DNA of 64,000 bases from Somniosus microcephalus (GCA_052327205.1 CM126214.1:25668001-25732000), one strand, 5' to 3'; positions 23,539 to 37,020 are shown, numbered from the stretch's first letter. The notes: generated by a model from the sequence alone, not told the origin. Translations and numbers: made by a program.

Positions 23539-23853
23539 CAAGAAACTCTCGATTTACCGGCACCCAAACAACCGGCAAAATTCAGGAGTAGGTTCAGTTA
23601 AGTTTTTCTTCATATTAGTGGCCGTTTCTTGATTCTTGGCTGTGTAATCGGGGGTTCCTGCACTTGTTGCTAAGCAACAGGGACGCTTAGTCTGTGGCCA
23701 GGCTTCTTGCACCTGTTGCTAAGCAACAGGGAAGCCTGGATTTGTTGCTGTGTACAGGGCTCTCGTATCTTTTAACTATAACTCTAATCCGGACTTTTTG
23801 ATAAACCGGCACCACGCTGGTCCTTTTGGTGCCGGATAAAAAAAAGTTTCCTG
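23539..23853. mobile_element. Tc1/mariner (Tigger-like) MITE, copy 1
   Basis: TA-flanked TIRs CA(A/G)GAAACT / AGTTTCCTG; homologous to 37278-37594 in reverse orientation. Confidence 0.75.
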
Positions 23854-24149
23854 TACCTCAAAATAATATTGGTGCAATGATTTAATTATTCTCTAGTGTG
23901 CAGATCTATGCTACTAATGTCGAGAGAAGTAGGAACAAATTTCTCTACATCTAGAAAAAATCCTCATTTTAATCCCAAATAATTAGGCGAGGGAGAAAAT
24001 TGAAAATATACTAGCTGATCTTAATGCTGTTCACAATAGATCAGAGAATACACCTACACCCTTTCCCTAACAGGAGAATTACACCAGGTTAGCCAACCTC
24101 CTGTTGGCACTGCTCATGAACAAAGAAAACTCTCCCTTCAGCACATAAC

Positions 24150-24440
24150 CTAGGCTGACATTCCCAATGCAGTGCTAAAGGAGCACTGCATTGTCAGGAC
24201 ACATTAAACCAAGGTTCCATCTGCACCCCTCAGTGGACATGGATCTCAAGGCACTGTTCGAAGAGGTGTAGGGATTTCTCCTGGTATCCTAGCCACTAGA
24301 ACAGTATCACAAAGAATTAACTGGTCATTAATTTCACTGCTGCTTATGAGAGATTACTGGCACAGAATAATTGTCATGGTTGCCAGCACAAGGCTTCAAA
24401 AATAATTCAGTGTGAAATTACCTGATAAGGTGCTATAAAT
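24150..24440 (+). mobile_element. Degenerate Deu-domain SINE
   Basis: CTAGGCTGACA…CAATGCAGTGCTAAAGGAGCACTGCATTGTC…GGTGCTATAAAT. Confidence 0.55.
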
Positions 24441-25189
24441 TATTTCTGTAACTATTTCTCTTTTCCAATCTAATTCTTAGTTCTTCTCTCCATCTTTCTA
24501 CACCCCTTTTCCCTCTCTGTATGGATGTCACTTATGATGTCTGTCTCCAACAGTTTTTTTTAAACAAGTCTTCTCTATGTCTATCAAAAGCTCTAAAACT
24601 CTTGCACGTTCCTTTACGAATGCACACGCATTTTCATATCTCGCCTTGTTAAAATCCAAGGTACATAGCAAGTTAGAGGTGAGGACTGGAATCGGATCAG
24701 GACAGGCTACCAGGAACTGTAACAGATGAGAGAAACTAGGTATGTGGGGGGGGGGGGGGGGGGGGGGGTTTGGGGAGGGAAGAGGAGGCGGCAGCTCTCG
24801 GGGTAGTTGGACCGAGGTAGCTGAAGTTTGGAAGGAGAGTGGCACAGAGGGGAGTCAGCCAGATCAGAATGATGATTCTGGAGTCTAGCTTGTCGGTTAG
24901 GGTTCTGGCAGGTTCGCTACTTATAAGCCACTGAGCATTAAATGACTGATTTAACAGCATAGTTTTTAAAATTCTGTTAAGTAATAAATCCTGTATTAGA
25001 AGTTTAATGTTCAAAAAATTGAAGTGCTAAACTTACGCTTCCAATTTTGTCAACTTTTGTTTTCTTCCATTCTTTTTAGGGGCTGAATTTCAAGTCCTAC
25101 CTCTTGCACTTGAATAACCCTTGAAATCATGCAGTGGAACAGTTTATATAAAGCGAAACAGTGTAGTAATTAAACTTAGGATGTCAATT

Positions 25190-26772
25190 ACATAGAAACA
25201 TAGAGGATAGGAGCAGGAGTAGGCCATTCGGCCGCTCGAGCCTGCTCCGCCATTCAATGCGATCATGGCTGATCATCCAAATTCAGTACCCTGTCCCTGC
25301 CTTCTCCCCATATCCCTTGATCCCTTTAGCCTTAAGAAATATATCTAACTCCTTCTTGAATATATTTAATGAATTGGTCTCTACTGCCTTCTGTGGTAGA
25401 GAATTCCACAGGTTCACCACACTCTGGGTGAAGAAATTTCTCATCTCTGTCCTAAATGGCTTAGCCCTTATCCTTAGACTGTGACCCCTGGTTCTGGACT
25501 CCCCGACCATCGGGAACATCCTTCCTGCATCTAGTCTGTCCAGTCCCGTCAGAATTTTATAAGTTTCAATGAGATCCCCTCTCATTCTTCTAAACTCCAG
25601 CGAGTGTAAGCCCAATCGACCCAATCTCTCCTCACAAGTCATTCCTGCCATCCCAGGTATCAGCCTGGTGAATCTTCGCTGAACTCCTTCCATGGCAAGA
25701 ACATCCTTCCTCAGATAAGGCGACCAAAACTGCACACAATACTCAAGGTGTGGTCTCACCAAGGCCCTGTACAACTGCAGCAAGACATCCTTGCTCCTGT
25801 ACTCAAATCCTCTCGCTATGAAGGCCAACATACCATTTGCCTTCTTAACCGCCTTCTGCACCTGCATGCTTACCTTCAGCGACTGGTGCACAAGGACACC
25901 CAGGTCTCGTTGCACTTCTCCTTCTCCCAATCTATTGCCAGTCAGATAATAATCTGCCTTCCTGTTTTTGACACCAAAGTGGATAACCTCACATTTATCC
26001 ATGTTATATTGCATCTGCTATGCTTCTGCCCAATCACCCAACCGGTCCAAATCATCCTGGAGTTTCTCGGCATCCTCCTCACAGCACACACGCCCACCCA
26101 GCTTTGTGTCATCTGCAAATTTGGAGATATTTCATCTAGTTCCCTTGTCTAGATCATTAATACATAGTGAATAGCTGGGGTCCAAGGACCGATCCCTGCG
26201 GTACCCCACTAGTCACTGCTTGCCACTCGGAAAAAGAGCAGTTTATTCCAACTCTTTGCTTTCTGTTTGCCAACCAGTTCTCTGTCCAAGTCAATACCTT
26301 GCCCCCAATCCCATGTGCCTCAACTTTACATACTTATCTTTTATGCGGGACCTTATATCGAAAGCCTTTTGAAAGTTCAACTACACCACATCCACTGGTT
26401 CTCCCTTATCTATTTTACCAGATACATCCTCAAAAAATTCCAGTAGATTAGTCAAGCACGATTTATCTTTTGCAAATCCATGTTGACTTTGTCCAATCCC
26501 GTCACTGTTTTCCAAGTGCTCTGCCATTACATCTTTTATAATGGACTCTAGCATTTTCCCCACGACCGATGTCAGGCTTACCGGTCTGTAGTTCCTTGTT
26601 TTCTCTCTACCACCTTTTTTGAATAGTGGGGTAACATTAGCTACCCTCCAATCCATGGGTACTGTTCCAGGTTCCATCGAATGTTGGAAGGTGATCAGCA
26701 ATGCATCTACTATTTCTAGGGCCACTTCCTTAAGTACCCTAGGATGTAGATCATCAGGCCCTGGGGATTTAT
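25190..26772 (-). mobile_element. Young CR1 LINE, 5'-truncated (RT domain to 3' tail)
   Basis: KSPGPDDLHPRVLKE…NYRPVSLTS…SCLTNLLEFFE; an intact 243-aa C-terminal ORF (LVRPHLEYCVQFWSP). Confidence 0.95.
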
Positions 26773-27303
26773 GAACACTAGCTTTTAGTAAGACCCTGTC
26801 ATGACCCAAAAGGATTTAAAAAAAAAAGTAATCTGCCTGTGGTGCTGTTCATGATGAATTGAAGATATTTAAAAAAATATACAAGATGGTGATGGAATTG
26901 AGAGTTACTTCAGAAACCCATTCCACAGAACCTAGTGGTCAGATGGTGACTGATGCACAGCAAATGTGGAGGTAGCAATTTACAAAGTGACAAAAGTAAG
27001 GTTTGTAGCAAGGAAGTGTGTATTGTACACTATATAAACAAGGTAGACAGACAAATAAAGCTTGTTCTTGATCATGTGTGGCTTTTTACCTTCGGTAAAA
27101 GATTTCATATAAAAGGAAAAAACCCGACGTGTCCCTCGAGCCCCACGGTCAGACTTGGCCAAGACCAGGAAATGATGCAATGGAACAAGTTCAAAAACCA
27201 TTTGCCTGACCGCCCGGCTAATTAGGTAAGGACAGAAGGCACCTGCTGGAATGTGATGAAAAATAAACGAAGAAAGGCAAAAGTCAACAGAAGTTTTTAC
27301 ATT

Positions 27304-27309
27304 TTTATT
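27304..27309 (-). terminator. Probable AP3D1 polyadenylation signal
   Basis: AATAAA on the minus strand about 590 nt after the stop, followed by T-rich sequence. Confidence 0.5.
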
Positions 27310-27900
27310 GGTTTATCGACACAAAAGATACAGCAGCTTGTCAATTTTTTTCTCCAAGAGGGAATGTTGATAGTAAATTATTTTAAACACATTGTTCAAA
27401 ATCCTAGAATCAACACACAGGATTCTACAAGAGAACTCTACATGCTAATTTGACAGTTTTGACCATCAAACAAAACACCACTATTTTTTTTGGAATAAAC
27501 ATTTAATTAAGACAAATTTAAAGTAAATGTTCAGTCCCTGACACAGACTGGCAGACTACTTTGGGTTCACAGCTGCTTGCACAGCATCACTACAGTTCAA
27601 CTCTTCAGGAATGCAGGATCAATTTGAAATACACAAACCAGTTCAATACACTCGAGGAGTCTGGATAGCTGAATGTCTGCTGGTCTCGGTAACCAGTATA
27701 ATACACGTGGCTGCATTAGGAGGTTCTGGTGAAACTGTACGTGGAGTAGTGGCCAAAGAAAACAAAAAAAACCTTGGAACACGCAATCAGGATGTCTAAC
27801 TGTAAATGACTGTGAAGATAAATAATGCACATGCCTTGTGTTATGTAGTTCATGCTTTCAGGGGAAAACATAATACAGTTCTAGTGCGATTTACAACAGC

Positions 27901-27999
27901 TCAGCACTTTTCTGTCAATGTCTGCTTCAATTCATCAAGTAGGTTTCCCAGAAGGGTAGAATCGTTGCATTTCCCATCCACAGAGATGGAGTTATCACC
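27901..27999 (-). CDS. AP3D1: AP3D1 last coding exon
   Basis: GDNSISVDGKCNDSTLLGNLLDELKQTLTEKC*; matches the vertebrate delta-adaptin C-terminus. Confidence 0.95.
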   Translation of the reverse strand, partial: GDNSISVDGKCNDSTLLGNLLDELKQTLTEKC

Positions 28000-29210
28000 C
28001 TATTTAAAATAAAATTGTAATTCATCACACTTAGTTTAAAAGCAGAGGTCAGTTCACTATCAAAATAGAGTTTATCTTCTAAAGTCTGCTTCCAAATTCA
28101 ATATTCCAGTTTGAAAGGACTTGGCGAAATCCTGAGCTCCCCTAACTAAGCTGGCAAATGCAATGCCCAGTGTGACCCTGAGCTATTAAGACCAAGTTTT
28201 ATCATTTGTCTGTGCTGAGTGAGCTGGTGCTGAGGCAATGGCAGGAGTACTACAATCAGCCTCGGCACTACTGACTGATGTGCTTGTTCAGCTGTGATGC
28301 CCTTTGTGGCCGAAATGCCTAAAACTTAACTGTCTAGACTTAAGAATGGCCACTTGGGTGAGATACTGATGGGCTGCTGACTGCTTTGGAACTTTATTCC
28401 AGTATAAGTCAGGATAAGAGGGGAGTATATTGAACATTTATTTTTTTTAAATAGTGGGAATAAGACGAGGATTGGCATGTGGGACACTGATCCTCGCTCC
28501 CACAATGAAGCCTCTCACTGGCAGACAAGTTGCCTACGTCTGCCTCACTCACGACCAGGAGACCAAACACAGCTGGCCTCATACAGGCTTCCAGCTAGGG
28601 GCAACATGCTGATATCTGCCAATAGTAGAATGAACAGATCACTTATTTCAAATCAAGTGCATTGGGGAGGTTAGAACAGTACAAAGTATTATACAAACTT
28701 CAAAATTCTGATTTTAAATGGGTACTCCAGACTCCCCAAAACATACACTGAACACTCCTAAAAATCGCAGTTTCCAGGCAAATTTTCAATCAAATGAATT
28801 TGAGTTACTGAAGAATATATGAATTTTCTTAACCCAGTTTACACTATCCTCTTGATCCTGAAACAAACCAACCCATTTTAGAGCATAAATAGGCCAAGAA
28901 ACATTAGGGTAGGTTTTACTCTGCAGCACATTTGGAAACGACAGTATAAATCTCTAGATTCCTCCCTGCTATCAACCAACCTTACAAAAAGAGTGAAGAT
29001 AGTGGTGGCATCCTGCAGAAGTCTTGCACTGCAATCTCCAACCAAAGCAAGACTCCGTGTGATAAGCATGATACACACAAACAGGATGGGCTTAAACTAT
29101 TGGAGTCACATGCTTGTTTTCAGAAACTGCTGGCGGTCAAGGATGAGACACAACTAAAAGGCTTCTGACAAGGATGCATCACAATATTCTAGTTTTAGGC
29201 TCATACTCAC

Positions 29211-29290
29211 CATTTTCACCAAAAGACACATGTGATGACCCTGGATAGAACGGCTATACATAGATGCACATGAATTGATTCGTTCCACAA
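29211..29290 (-). CDS. AP3D1: AP3D1 exon
   Basis: VVERINSCASMYSRSIQGHHMCLLVKM; cag|…|gtgagt. Confidence 0.95.
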
Positions 29291-30539
29291 CTGGGAAGAT
29301 GAAACGAAACAGATTATTTCACATATACTGCCACAATGTACTATTTCAAAATCACTAACTCTCAACATGTTCTAGTGAAGCGAAATTCCACTTTAAAAAA
29401 AAAATGTAGTTACTATTTCATTGCACTTTTCTGTCATCCTTTTACTGAAATGATGGATCTCTGAATATACATGCAATTGGAGGGCAGATCCAGAAGCTGA
29501 GAGAGTTAATTTTCTACACTGTCTAGAAGTAATGACATACTTCAGGTACGATTTCTGTAACTGTGCCAGAATGAAGTACATTCTAAACAGAATTTTGAAG
29601 TAGCCTTTAAAATCAATTACGAGTAGCAACTTAAAAACTGGCCCATATAGGTTTAAAAAAAAAAAAAAATCATTGTCAGTGTAACTAATGTAAATGGAAA
29701 ACACACTGAGCATATAAAGCAGAATGAATTGAATACAGTGCTGGTCTGATGCATGCTGGATATACGCAATACCCATTAGTAATTTGTACATTGCTACGAT
29801 TGTAAATGCATCACTAACACTCAAACTGCTAGGGCAGCTTTTTTCTTCACCGTTTTGGCAAGAATGAGACCGTAATCTCACAGGAGCAGTGTGTCAGCTC
29901 CAGGCAAAGAGTCGTCGTCGGCAATCCTCAACCCACGATACAAAGAATGCCATTATGTGACTCTTACAATTGCTTAGTGCGAGATTTATTGCGATGCATC
30001 TTTACGTGACAATGGACAGGTTACGTTGGGAATCATAGGCACTAAAAATTAGGGTAAGTGTCAAATGTACGACACAAAAGATACACTGGATTCAGCCAAT
30101 TACAGGGGGAAGCAGAGCTTGGATGCAATAAGTACAACCATTGCATACGCTGGAAATTGAATGTGTCAAATAAACATGCATTGTTGAAATCAAATTGCCA
30201 GTAAGAGGGTACACTGGGTTAGACAAAAAACACAGGCCAGAGCCATTGGTATTCCAAAAACATTTTGTCCACATGAAATAAACTGATGGCAGAAAACAGC
30301 ATTCAGCCATTATAATTCTTGGTTTTTTTCAGATTCCACTACAATGTTCACACGTGAAAGACCAAGTGTATTTTCTATGGGCTTTGAATGTTCCACAATG
30401 GCTCTGAATTGATCAGCTGGTACTTTGTAGAGCTGTGATTTCCATTCAGTCTATTTGCAATCAACTCTTAAACATTCAAATGAATCTCAAGCAGATGTGC
30501 GAGTACAGCAAACAACCCTCTGTGTCTAGAAACAAGTAC

Positions 30540-30661
30540 CTGAGAAATGGTGATGAAAGCAAATCTTTGCCAGAAGGAGCTGGAAGGAAATACTTATTCC
30601 ATCTACTTTTATTGAACTTATCTTTAGTTCACCAGATTCTAGCAATTTTGCAAATGCGTCA
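30540..30661 (-). CDS. AP3D1: AP3D1 exon
   Basis: SDAFAKLLESGELKISSIKVDGISISFQLLLAKICFHHHFS; phases consistent with neighbours. Confidence 0.95.
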
Positions 30662-32311
30662 CTGCAAAAGTAAAGAGGAAGCATTTAGAAATGGTACTAT
30701 GCAATCAAGAAGCTTTCAATAAAAGGAAGAAAGGACCAATTTGTAAGGCAGTGTGAGAACGTCAATACAGCCACAAGAAGCACAACTTGAGCTCAGACTG
30801 AGAATGAAAAAAGCTCAAAATTTGTTTTACTAGGTCTCAAACCTTCCCAACAACTAGCCTCATCAGGAGTAAAGTTTATCTGCACTTACTCAATTTACCA
30901 TGACCTATCCCATACATTGGAATCATTGTGCCCGCTGATTCTTGCCATGCTCCAGTTTAAAGAACACTTAAAAAACATGAAGCAGGAATGGTGCGGAGTT
31001 CCTGCTGCTGTTCTCAGTAGCTGGCAAGGCTACATTTATTGCCCATCCTTGGGTTCCCCAAGGTGGTTGGGGGCACCTTCTGGAGAAGTAATTGTTTTTA
31101 CAACCAAGAAGCCGGCAAGGCTACTTCATTGGGCATTAAGAGTCAACTATGCAGTGGAACTGGAGTCACATATAGGCCAGGCCAGAAAGGAGTGGCAGGT
31201 TGCCTTCCCCGAAGGACTGTAGTGAACCAGTTGGGTTATATTAGCAGCTTACATGGAGATTTTTTCACCTGCTGTCAGTCCACAAATTAAAAGATTTACT
31301 GAAATTACAACTGGTCAGGGGTTGCGTGCCCTGTACCACAAGCACTAAATTACATTGCTGTATTTGCTGGCATACGCCAGTTAATACACATCATGCCTGC
31401 TTTTACTGGTCATAAGCTCAACAAGTTGTCAGGTTTATTTATATTATTGTTTATGTTGCGGTTGTGTCACAAGTACTACACAAGGAGCTAAACACATGAA
31501 AGACCCTGACCAAAGTTCAACGGTGCAAGTTCCCGCTTGTTCAGTGCTAAAGGTCTGTTGATTGAGAAAAGTCTCGTCAATTCCTGCAATTTAATCAGTT
31601 GTCCAATATATTAAAAACAAAACTTGCAACAGCTCTCAAACACTGAGGTTGCTGTGTACAAGAAACATTGGAGCCACTTTATTGCTGCAGACACTCCAAC
31701 CCAATATCATTACGATGTTGAGCAATTATTCCAGATACGAATACCAGGAATTAAACTGAAAAGATAGAACAAGGGGAAGAACAGGATGCTCCTATTGAAG
31801 GATTATGGTTTTACAGAAGCATAGCTTTACACAAATTAACAAGAACCACTAGCTGCTTTACTCATTTACCAGTAAAACTGAAGTAGCATGCCACCACATC
31901 ATACCGCCCACTACAGGAATTGAAGATCTAGGATGTGTGCACATTCAATTGCATAAAGTACTCTGCTGCAAATAACTGGAAACAGAATAAATGTACATCA
32001 TTTACCCAAGACCATCGAACAAACCGGGTGATGCAAAGTACCGCAGGTCTGTCTTTAGTAAGCTGCAACTAAATTGCTAGTACAGACTTCTAATGAAGGA
32101 TCTCACCTAAAATGTTAACCTGTCTTTCACTTCAGATGTTGATTGCACATTTGACTGTTTTCTATTCTGACTTCAGTGAGTTCATATTAACGGTATCATC
32201 ACCTCATGACTATATAATGAAGTATCATTCTTGTTTGAGCTGTTTTGGGATCCCCTGAAGTTTTCATAAAGCAGAACTTTCCCAGTAAAACAGAAGAATT
32301 TGAAAACAAAC

Positions 32312-32397
32312 CTATAACAAGGCGTTGTGATCATGTACGAAGTGCAAGTGAAGTGTAACTTAAAATCAAGTTTTTCATGAGAAGATCCATCATCTGT
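32312..32397 (-). CDS. AP3D1: AP3D1 exon
   Basis: TDDGSSHEKLDFKLHFTCTSYMITTPCY. Confidence 0.95.
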
Positions 32398-32484
32398 CTG
32401 GGGGAAAAAAATAGAAATATGAAAGACTGAATATAATGCAAAGAAAATACAGAAACAGAAAAACTTGCCACTGACTGAACTTAC

Positions 32485-32573
32485 TTTGATTATAAATGTA
32501 AGTGTTCCTTTCAGTTTCTGTGGCATGACGATGCTTTCCACAGTAAACACAAACCGAGCTTCATTTGAAACTT
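32485..32573 (-). CDS. AP3D1: AP3D1 exon (NAGNAG acceptor; may start at 32570)
   Basis: VSNEARFVFTVESIVMPQKLKGTLTFIIK|gtaagt. Confidence 0.93.
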
Positions 32574-33381
32574 CTTCAGAAACAAAATGCAATTCAATAG
32601 GTTAGTCTTCTTAGACATGCAACAGTTAAATATAATTCAACAGCAATCAGTTCAAGTAATTCTACTGGGCACACAGAAATATACAATGCCCAAATGGTTT
32701 CACAATTTCATCAGAACCCAAAGCTTGTGTTGCAGCCTTCCAGCATACACACAGTTCCACTGTTGTTTTGAGTTTATACAGATTGCTGTCCCTTTTCTCC
32801 TGTGGTGTGTGAACTCCTCCACGGACATGTCAGGGAACAAAGCAAGCATGGCAAAACCAAATGTTGACAGACCGTGTGGCTGAAGATAGTGCACTACCAC
32901 CAAAAGGAAGGTTACTGTTCATGTATGTTACATAGAGGCAGTGACACGAGAATAAGTGAATGATAGCAATTTGTCCATCACGGTGAAAAACTTATTTGAG
33001 CAAGTGTAAGAAAATGTACAACTTGGCGAGATATTGTAAAATGAAACCAGAAAATGAGAAATACATAGGTCAGTCAAAATCCATAAAGCACTAAGACCCT
33101 CCCCGGGAACCCGAAACGTTAACCTGCCTTTTCTCTCCACAGATGCTGACTGAGCGGTTTCTTATTTCCAGCACTTTAATTTCCAGCAACTGCAGTTTTT
33201 TTTTATTCCCCTTTGTAGTTGTACAATATTAAGTTTATTCTTCAGGCATTTAATTTGTGGTAAAGCTCAAGAAGTTTAAAACCAATTTCTAGAGCAATGC
33301 TCAAATAGTTAGGAGTTATCTCAGTGTAATCCTAGAAGCAAATAAAATTACTGATCATGCCATATCAATGAAGCGTCTTAC

Positions 33382-33571
33382 CTGGTGGAAGCTGGAAAGG
33401 AACCGCTATACCATCGTGTATGGAGGACCCTTCTGATCGGACCAGTTTAGTGTTGAGAGAGTCTAAAACATTGAACTCCATTGACTTGAGATAACCGCTA
33501 CTTTGGTTTTCAAAGATAACCGATACAACCACTTGACTTCCATCCTGAAGATTTCCTTGAATATCACACAT
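33382..33571 (-). CDS. AP3D1: AP3D1 exon (ear domain)
   Basis: MCDIQGNLQDGSQVVVSVIFENQSSGYLKSMEFNVLDSLN…VPFQLPP|gtaaga. Confidence 0.95.
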
Positions 33572-35249
33572 CTAGTAAACAGTTTAAAAAAAAATGAAAC
33601 ACGTTTATGTATTTAAATAATCATTTTACACTAAAAAAAGCATTCAATACACTAGTCAAATTCCCATGGCATTGCACACGGGGAATCAAGACCAAGTATA
33701 GTATGCAGCTCAAGGAGGAACAATGGGAGGGGCAAAGGAGAGAAAATAAGACAGGACTGGATGGCGGAAAGACAAGGCAGCAAACATTCTTAGCCACAGG
33801 GGTTGGGGTGGTTCAGCTGTCACTGCTAAGCCTGTCTTTTCTTGACAGGTTTTGGGGGGGGGGGGGGAGGGAGGTGGAGAAAAGGCATTGGTGGCCTTTC
33901 AGATTAGTGGTGGGAATTTCACATAAGCTTCATTCCTCTCCCCAGCTCAGACTGTGTCACATGGTGTTGATCATGTGGTTTTAAGTTAAGTTGTGGCGAA
34001 TTGCATCGGGTTTATTGAACTACTAGGGGAGCAACTTTGTGCTGTTGGGGGTGGGTTACGAAAATGAAATCACTGGACTTCCCCCACTCAATGGTGATGG
34101 GCAAAAGTGGTTTTCCATTCTAATTAGGCCTCCGACTTTGTCTTTTGGAGTCGAGTTTCCTGCATTTCCAGGGGATCTAGCTTGCCTGTTAATGCTGGTA
34201 ACGATTGAGGTTCCACTAGTCGAGCCTGTAGCACTTTCCATCGTTTGGAAGTTTTAAAGGTATGGGGCGGAGGAGGGCGGAGAAAGGGATGCTGAATATG
34301 ATGCCGTTTAAAATTCCAGTAATACTTTTGGAGATTGCTTTTTCAGGTGATTAGTATCGAGGGGTTGCTGTACTGGCAGGTTGCTTAAGTGTTTCTTCAG
34401 ACTGTCAATCTTACTGGAACAGACTGACTGTAGAAAACTGGATATACCACAGCACTCTTGAAAATACTGTGTCTTTATTATGGAGCTATATGGGAAGTTT
34501 CGCTGCCAAAACCAAATGCTAGGGGAGTGCTTTGCACCCATCACAGGACGGGCATTTTTAGTAGCAAATGCTTATCATGGCACCACCTACAGGCACAACT
34601 GGTACTGCAAGCAACTGCTGGCACTTACAAAAAAATACACAAGGTGAAGAACTAAATATGAATTTATTTATCAAATTAAGAGTATACAAAGCTCCCTTTC
34701 TAAAACATTGTTGATTTCCCTGAACAAACATCTTCAGTTATTGGTGAAACATGCTGGGAGGAGAAGAGAAAAAAATCAGGAGTGGATGACTAAGGGCCTG
34801 TTTTCTTATGCTATGCTGTTCAGGAACGATCCTTTTGCCTGCTATTCTCATACTCCAATCATCAAGGACTCAGTCTTTGATGAAATTATTTTTCTCTGCT
34901 ACGGCTCCTTCTCAATGTGTGGCCTTCTACTGCTTGATATAGAATGACAGACATGCGAGTACATCCCCACTTGATGTTCTCCAGGTCTATGAATCTTGCA
35001 ATCAGTCTGTTCCAGTAAGGTACCTATCTGATATCAATAGATTTTTGGATATTAAGGAAACCAAGGGATATGGAGATATTGTACCTCAACTCCACCTTCC
35101 CGCACTATCAGCATGATCGTATTGAATGGGGGAAGCAGGCTCGAAGGGCCGAATGGCCTGCTCCTATTTCTTATGTTCTTAGGACATGTTTCAGTTGGTT
35201 TATACACCTCCCTACAGTTGGTACACTAATCAATTGTACATTTAAAAAA

Positions 35250-35925
35250 AATTTGTATATGGGATGTGGACGTCACTGGCATTTATTGCCCATCCCTAAT
35301 TGCCCTTGAGAAGGTGGTGGTGAGCCGCTTTCTTGAACCGCTGCAGTCAGTGTGAAGGTACTTCCACAGTGCTGTTAAGGAGAGTGTTCCAGGATTTTGA
35401 CCCAGCGACAATGACGCATCGGTGCAATACTTCTAAGTCAGGATGGTGTGTGACTTGGAGGTGTTCCCATGAGTCTGCTGCCCTTGTCCTTCTAGGTGGA
35501 AGAGGTCGCGGGTTTGGGAGGTGCTGCTGAAGAAGCCTTGGCGAGTTGCTGCACTGCATTTTGTAGATGGTACACACTGCAGACAAGGTACGCTGGTGGT
35601 GGAGGGAGTGAATGTTTAAGGTGGTTGATGGGGTGCCAATCAAGCGGGCTGCTTTGTCCTGGATGGTGTCGAGCTTCTTGAGTGTTGTTGGAGCTGCACT
35701 CATCCAGGCAAGTGGAGAGTATTCCATCACACTCCTGACTTGTGCCTTGTAGTCAGTGGAAAGGCTTTGGGGAGTCAGGAGGTGAGACACTCACTGCAGA
35801 ATACCCAGCCTCTGACCTGCTCTTGTTGCCACAGTATTTATGTGGCTGGTCCAGTTAAGTTTCTGGTCAATGGTGACCCTCCCCAGGATGTTGATGGTGG
35901 GGGATTTGCCGATGGTAATGCTGTT
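35250..35925 (-). mobile_element. Non-LTR retrotransposon RT C-terminus and 3' end
   Basis: YKAQVRSVMEYSPLAWMSAAPTTLKKLDTIQDKAARLIG. Confidence 0.85.
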
Positions 35926-36316
35926 GTTTGCAAATAGATGGTCACATCCGCTTGATCTATAATTACCAGTGTGACCCTAACCTGTTGTACCATTGTATTA
36001 GTGTATCACAATCTTACATATTTGTGTTGTAAACTGAGAATTACAGAAACATCTGTATTAAAAAAAAAAAAATCTGCTAGCTACAACTGTATGGAATCTG
36101 ATCACAGATGTGTAGTACAAGCCATACCCAAGACCATATAGTTTTCCACCTCGAGGAAGGTGCAAGAAATGGAAACAGGTATGAATGGGGATTAAATAAC
36201 GCAGGAAAAATTGAAGAACAAATATTCTGGAGCTATTTAAAAAATGCAATGCTTCATAAAAATTGTAACTTACATAAAAACTGTAATAATTTATACTGAA
36301 GTATTATGGTACTCAC

Positions 36317-36364
36317 CATTTTAATATAGGAATTTTCTGCCAGAAGGTAGTAGCTGGACATTGG
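36317..36364 (-). CDS. AP3D1: AP3D1 exon
   Basis: PMSSYYLLAENSYIKM; 48 nt, cag|…|gtgagt. Confidence 0.95.
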
Positions 36365-36399
36365 CTGTAAAATATTAAAAACATATGAATATAAAAAAA

Positions 36400-37020
36400 G
36401 ACAAATAGGAAATGACCCACTGATCCATCCAGCTTATCCAACACAGTTGTGATGCATCCAGTTGGAGCCATGTAATCTCCTGGGAGGAGCAAAAAGCACA
36501 GGCCAATTTGGCAGGGGGTGGGGGCGGTGGAAAAAGAGAAATAGCAAAATTCCTCTCCAATCGCCTTAGGCGATTGAAACTATTCCAGGAGGTCAGTGAG
36601 ACCCTGCAGGATACCTATTTCTTGTACATGAACCCTGCCCCAACCAAAAACAGGCCCAGCTATCACTTGAAGGAATACAGCAAATAATCATTCCTGGCAC
36701 GAGCTGGCAATCTATTCCACTGTTCTGTGGGAAAAGAACAGCTTAACATCCAACCTAGCTCTGTCCTTACATAACTGGTATAAGCATGACCCCTGGTCCT
36801 CCCTAACCTATCCAGTTGAAATAATAGGCCTACATAAACAAAGCTAGTCCCTTCATTATTTTATACATCTCAATCTAATTACCCATATGTCTGCACTTCT
36901 CTAAAATATAGAGACCCAGCTCATTGGGCCTATCTGGGAAACTGGTATTTTAAACTGGGAATTATCTTACAGCCCTTCTCTGGACCCTTTCTAAAGCTTC
37001 AATAACCCCCATCATGTGAG
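36400..37020 (-). mobile_element. Degenerate CR1-type LINE 3' region
   Basis: Minus strand contains LERVQRR- and RTRGH-like motifs. Confidence 0.55.

Noticed and set aside
24745-24768. Poly-G runs (also near 47917 and 49130) as G-quadruplex elements
   Set aside because: They are simple homopolymers of unreliable length with no contextual support.
32089-33130. Hammerhead-like remnants at about 32090 and 33110
   Set aside because: The catalytic cores are mutated or truncated.
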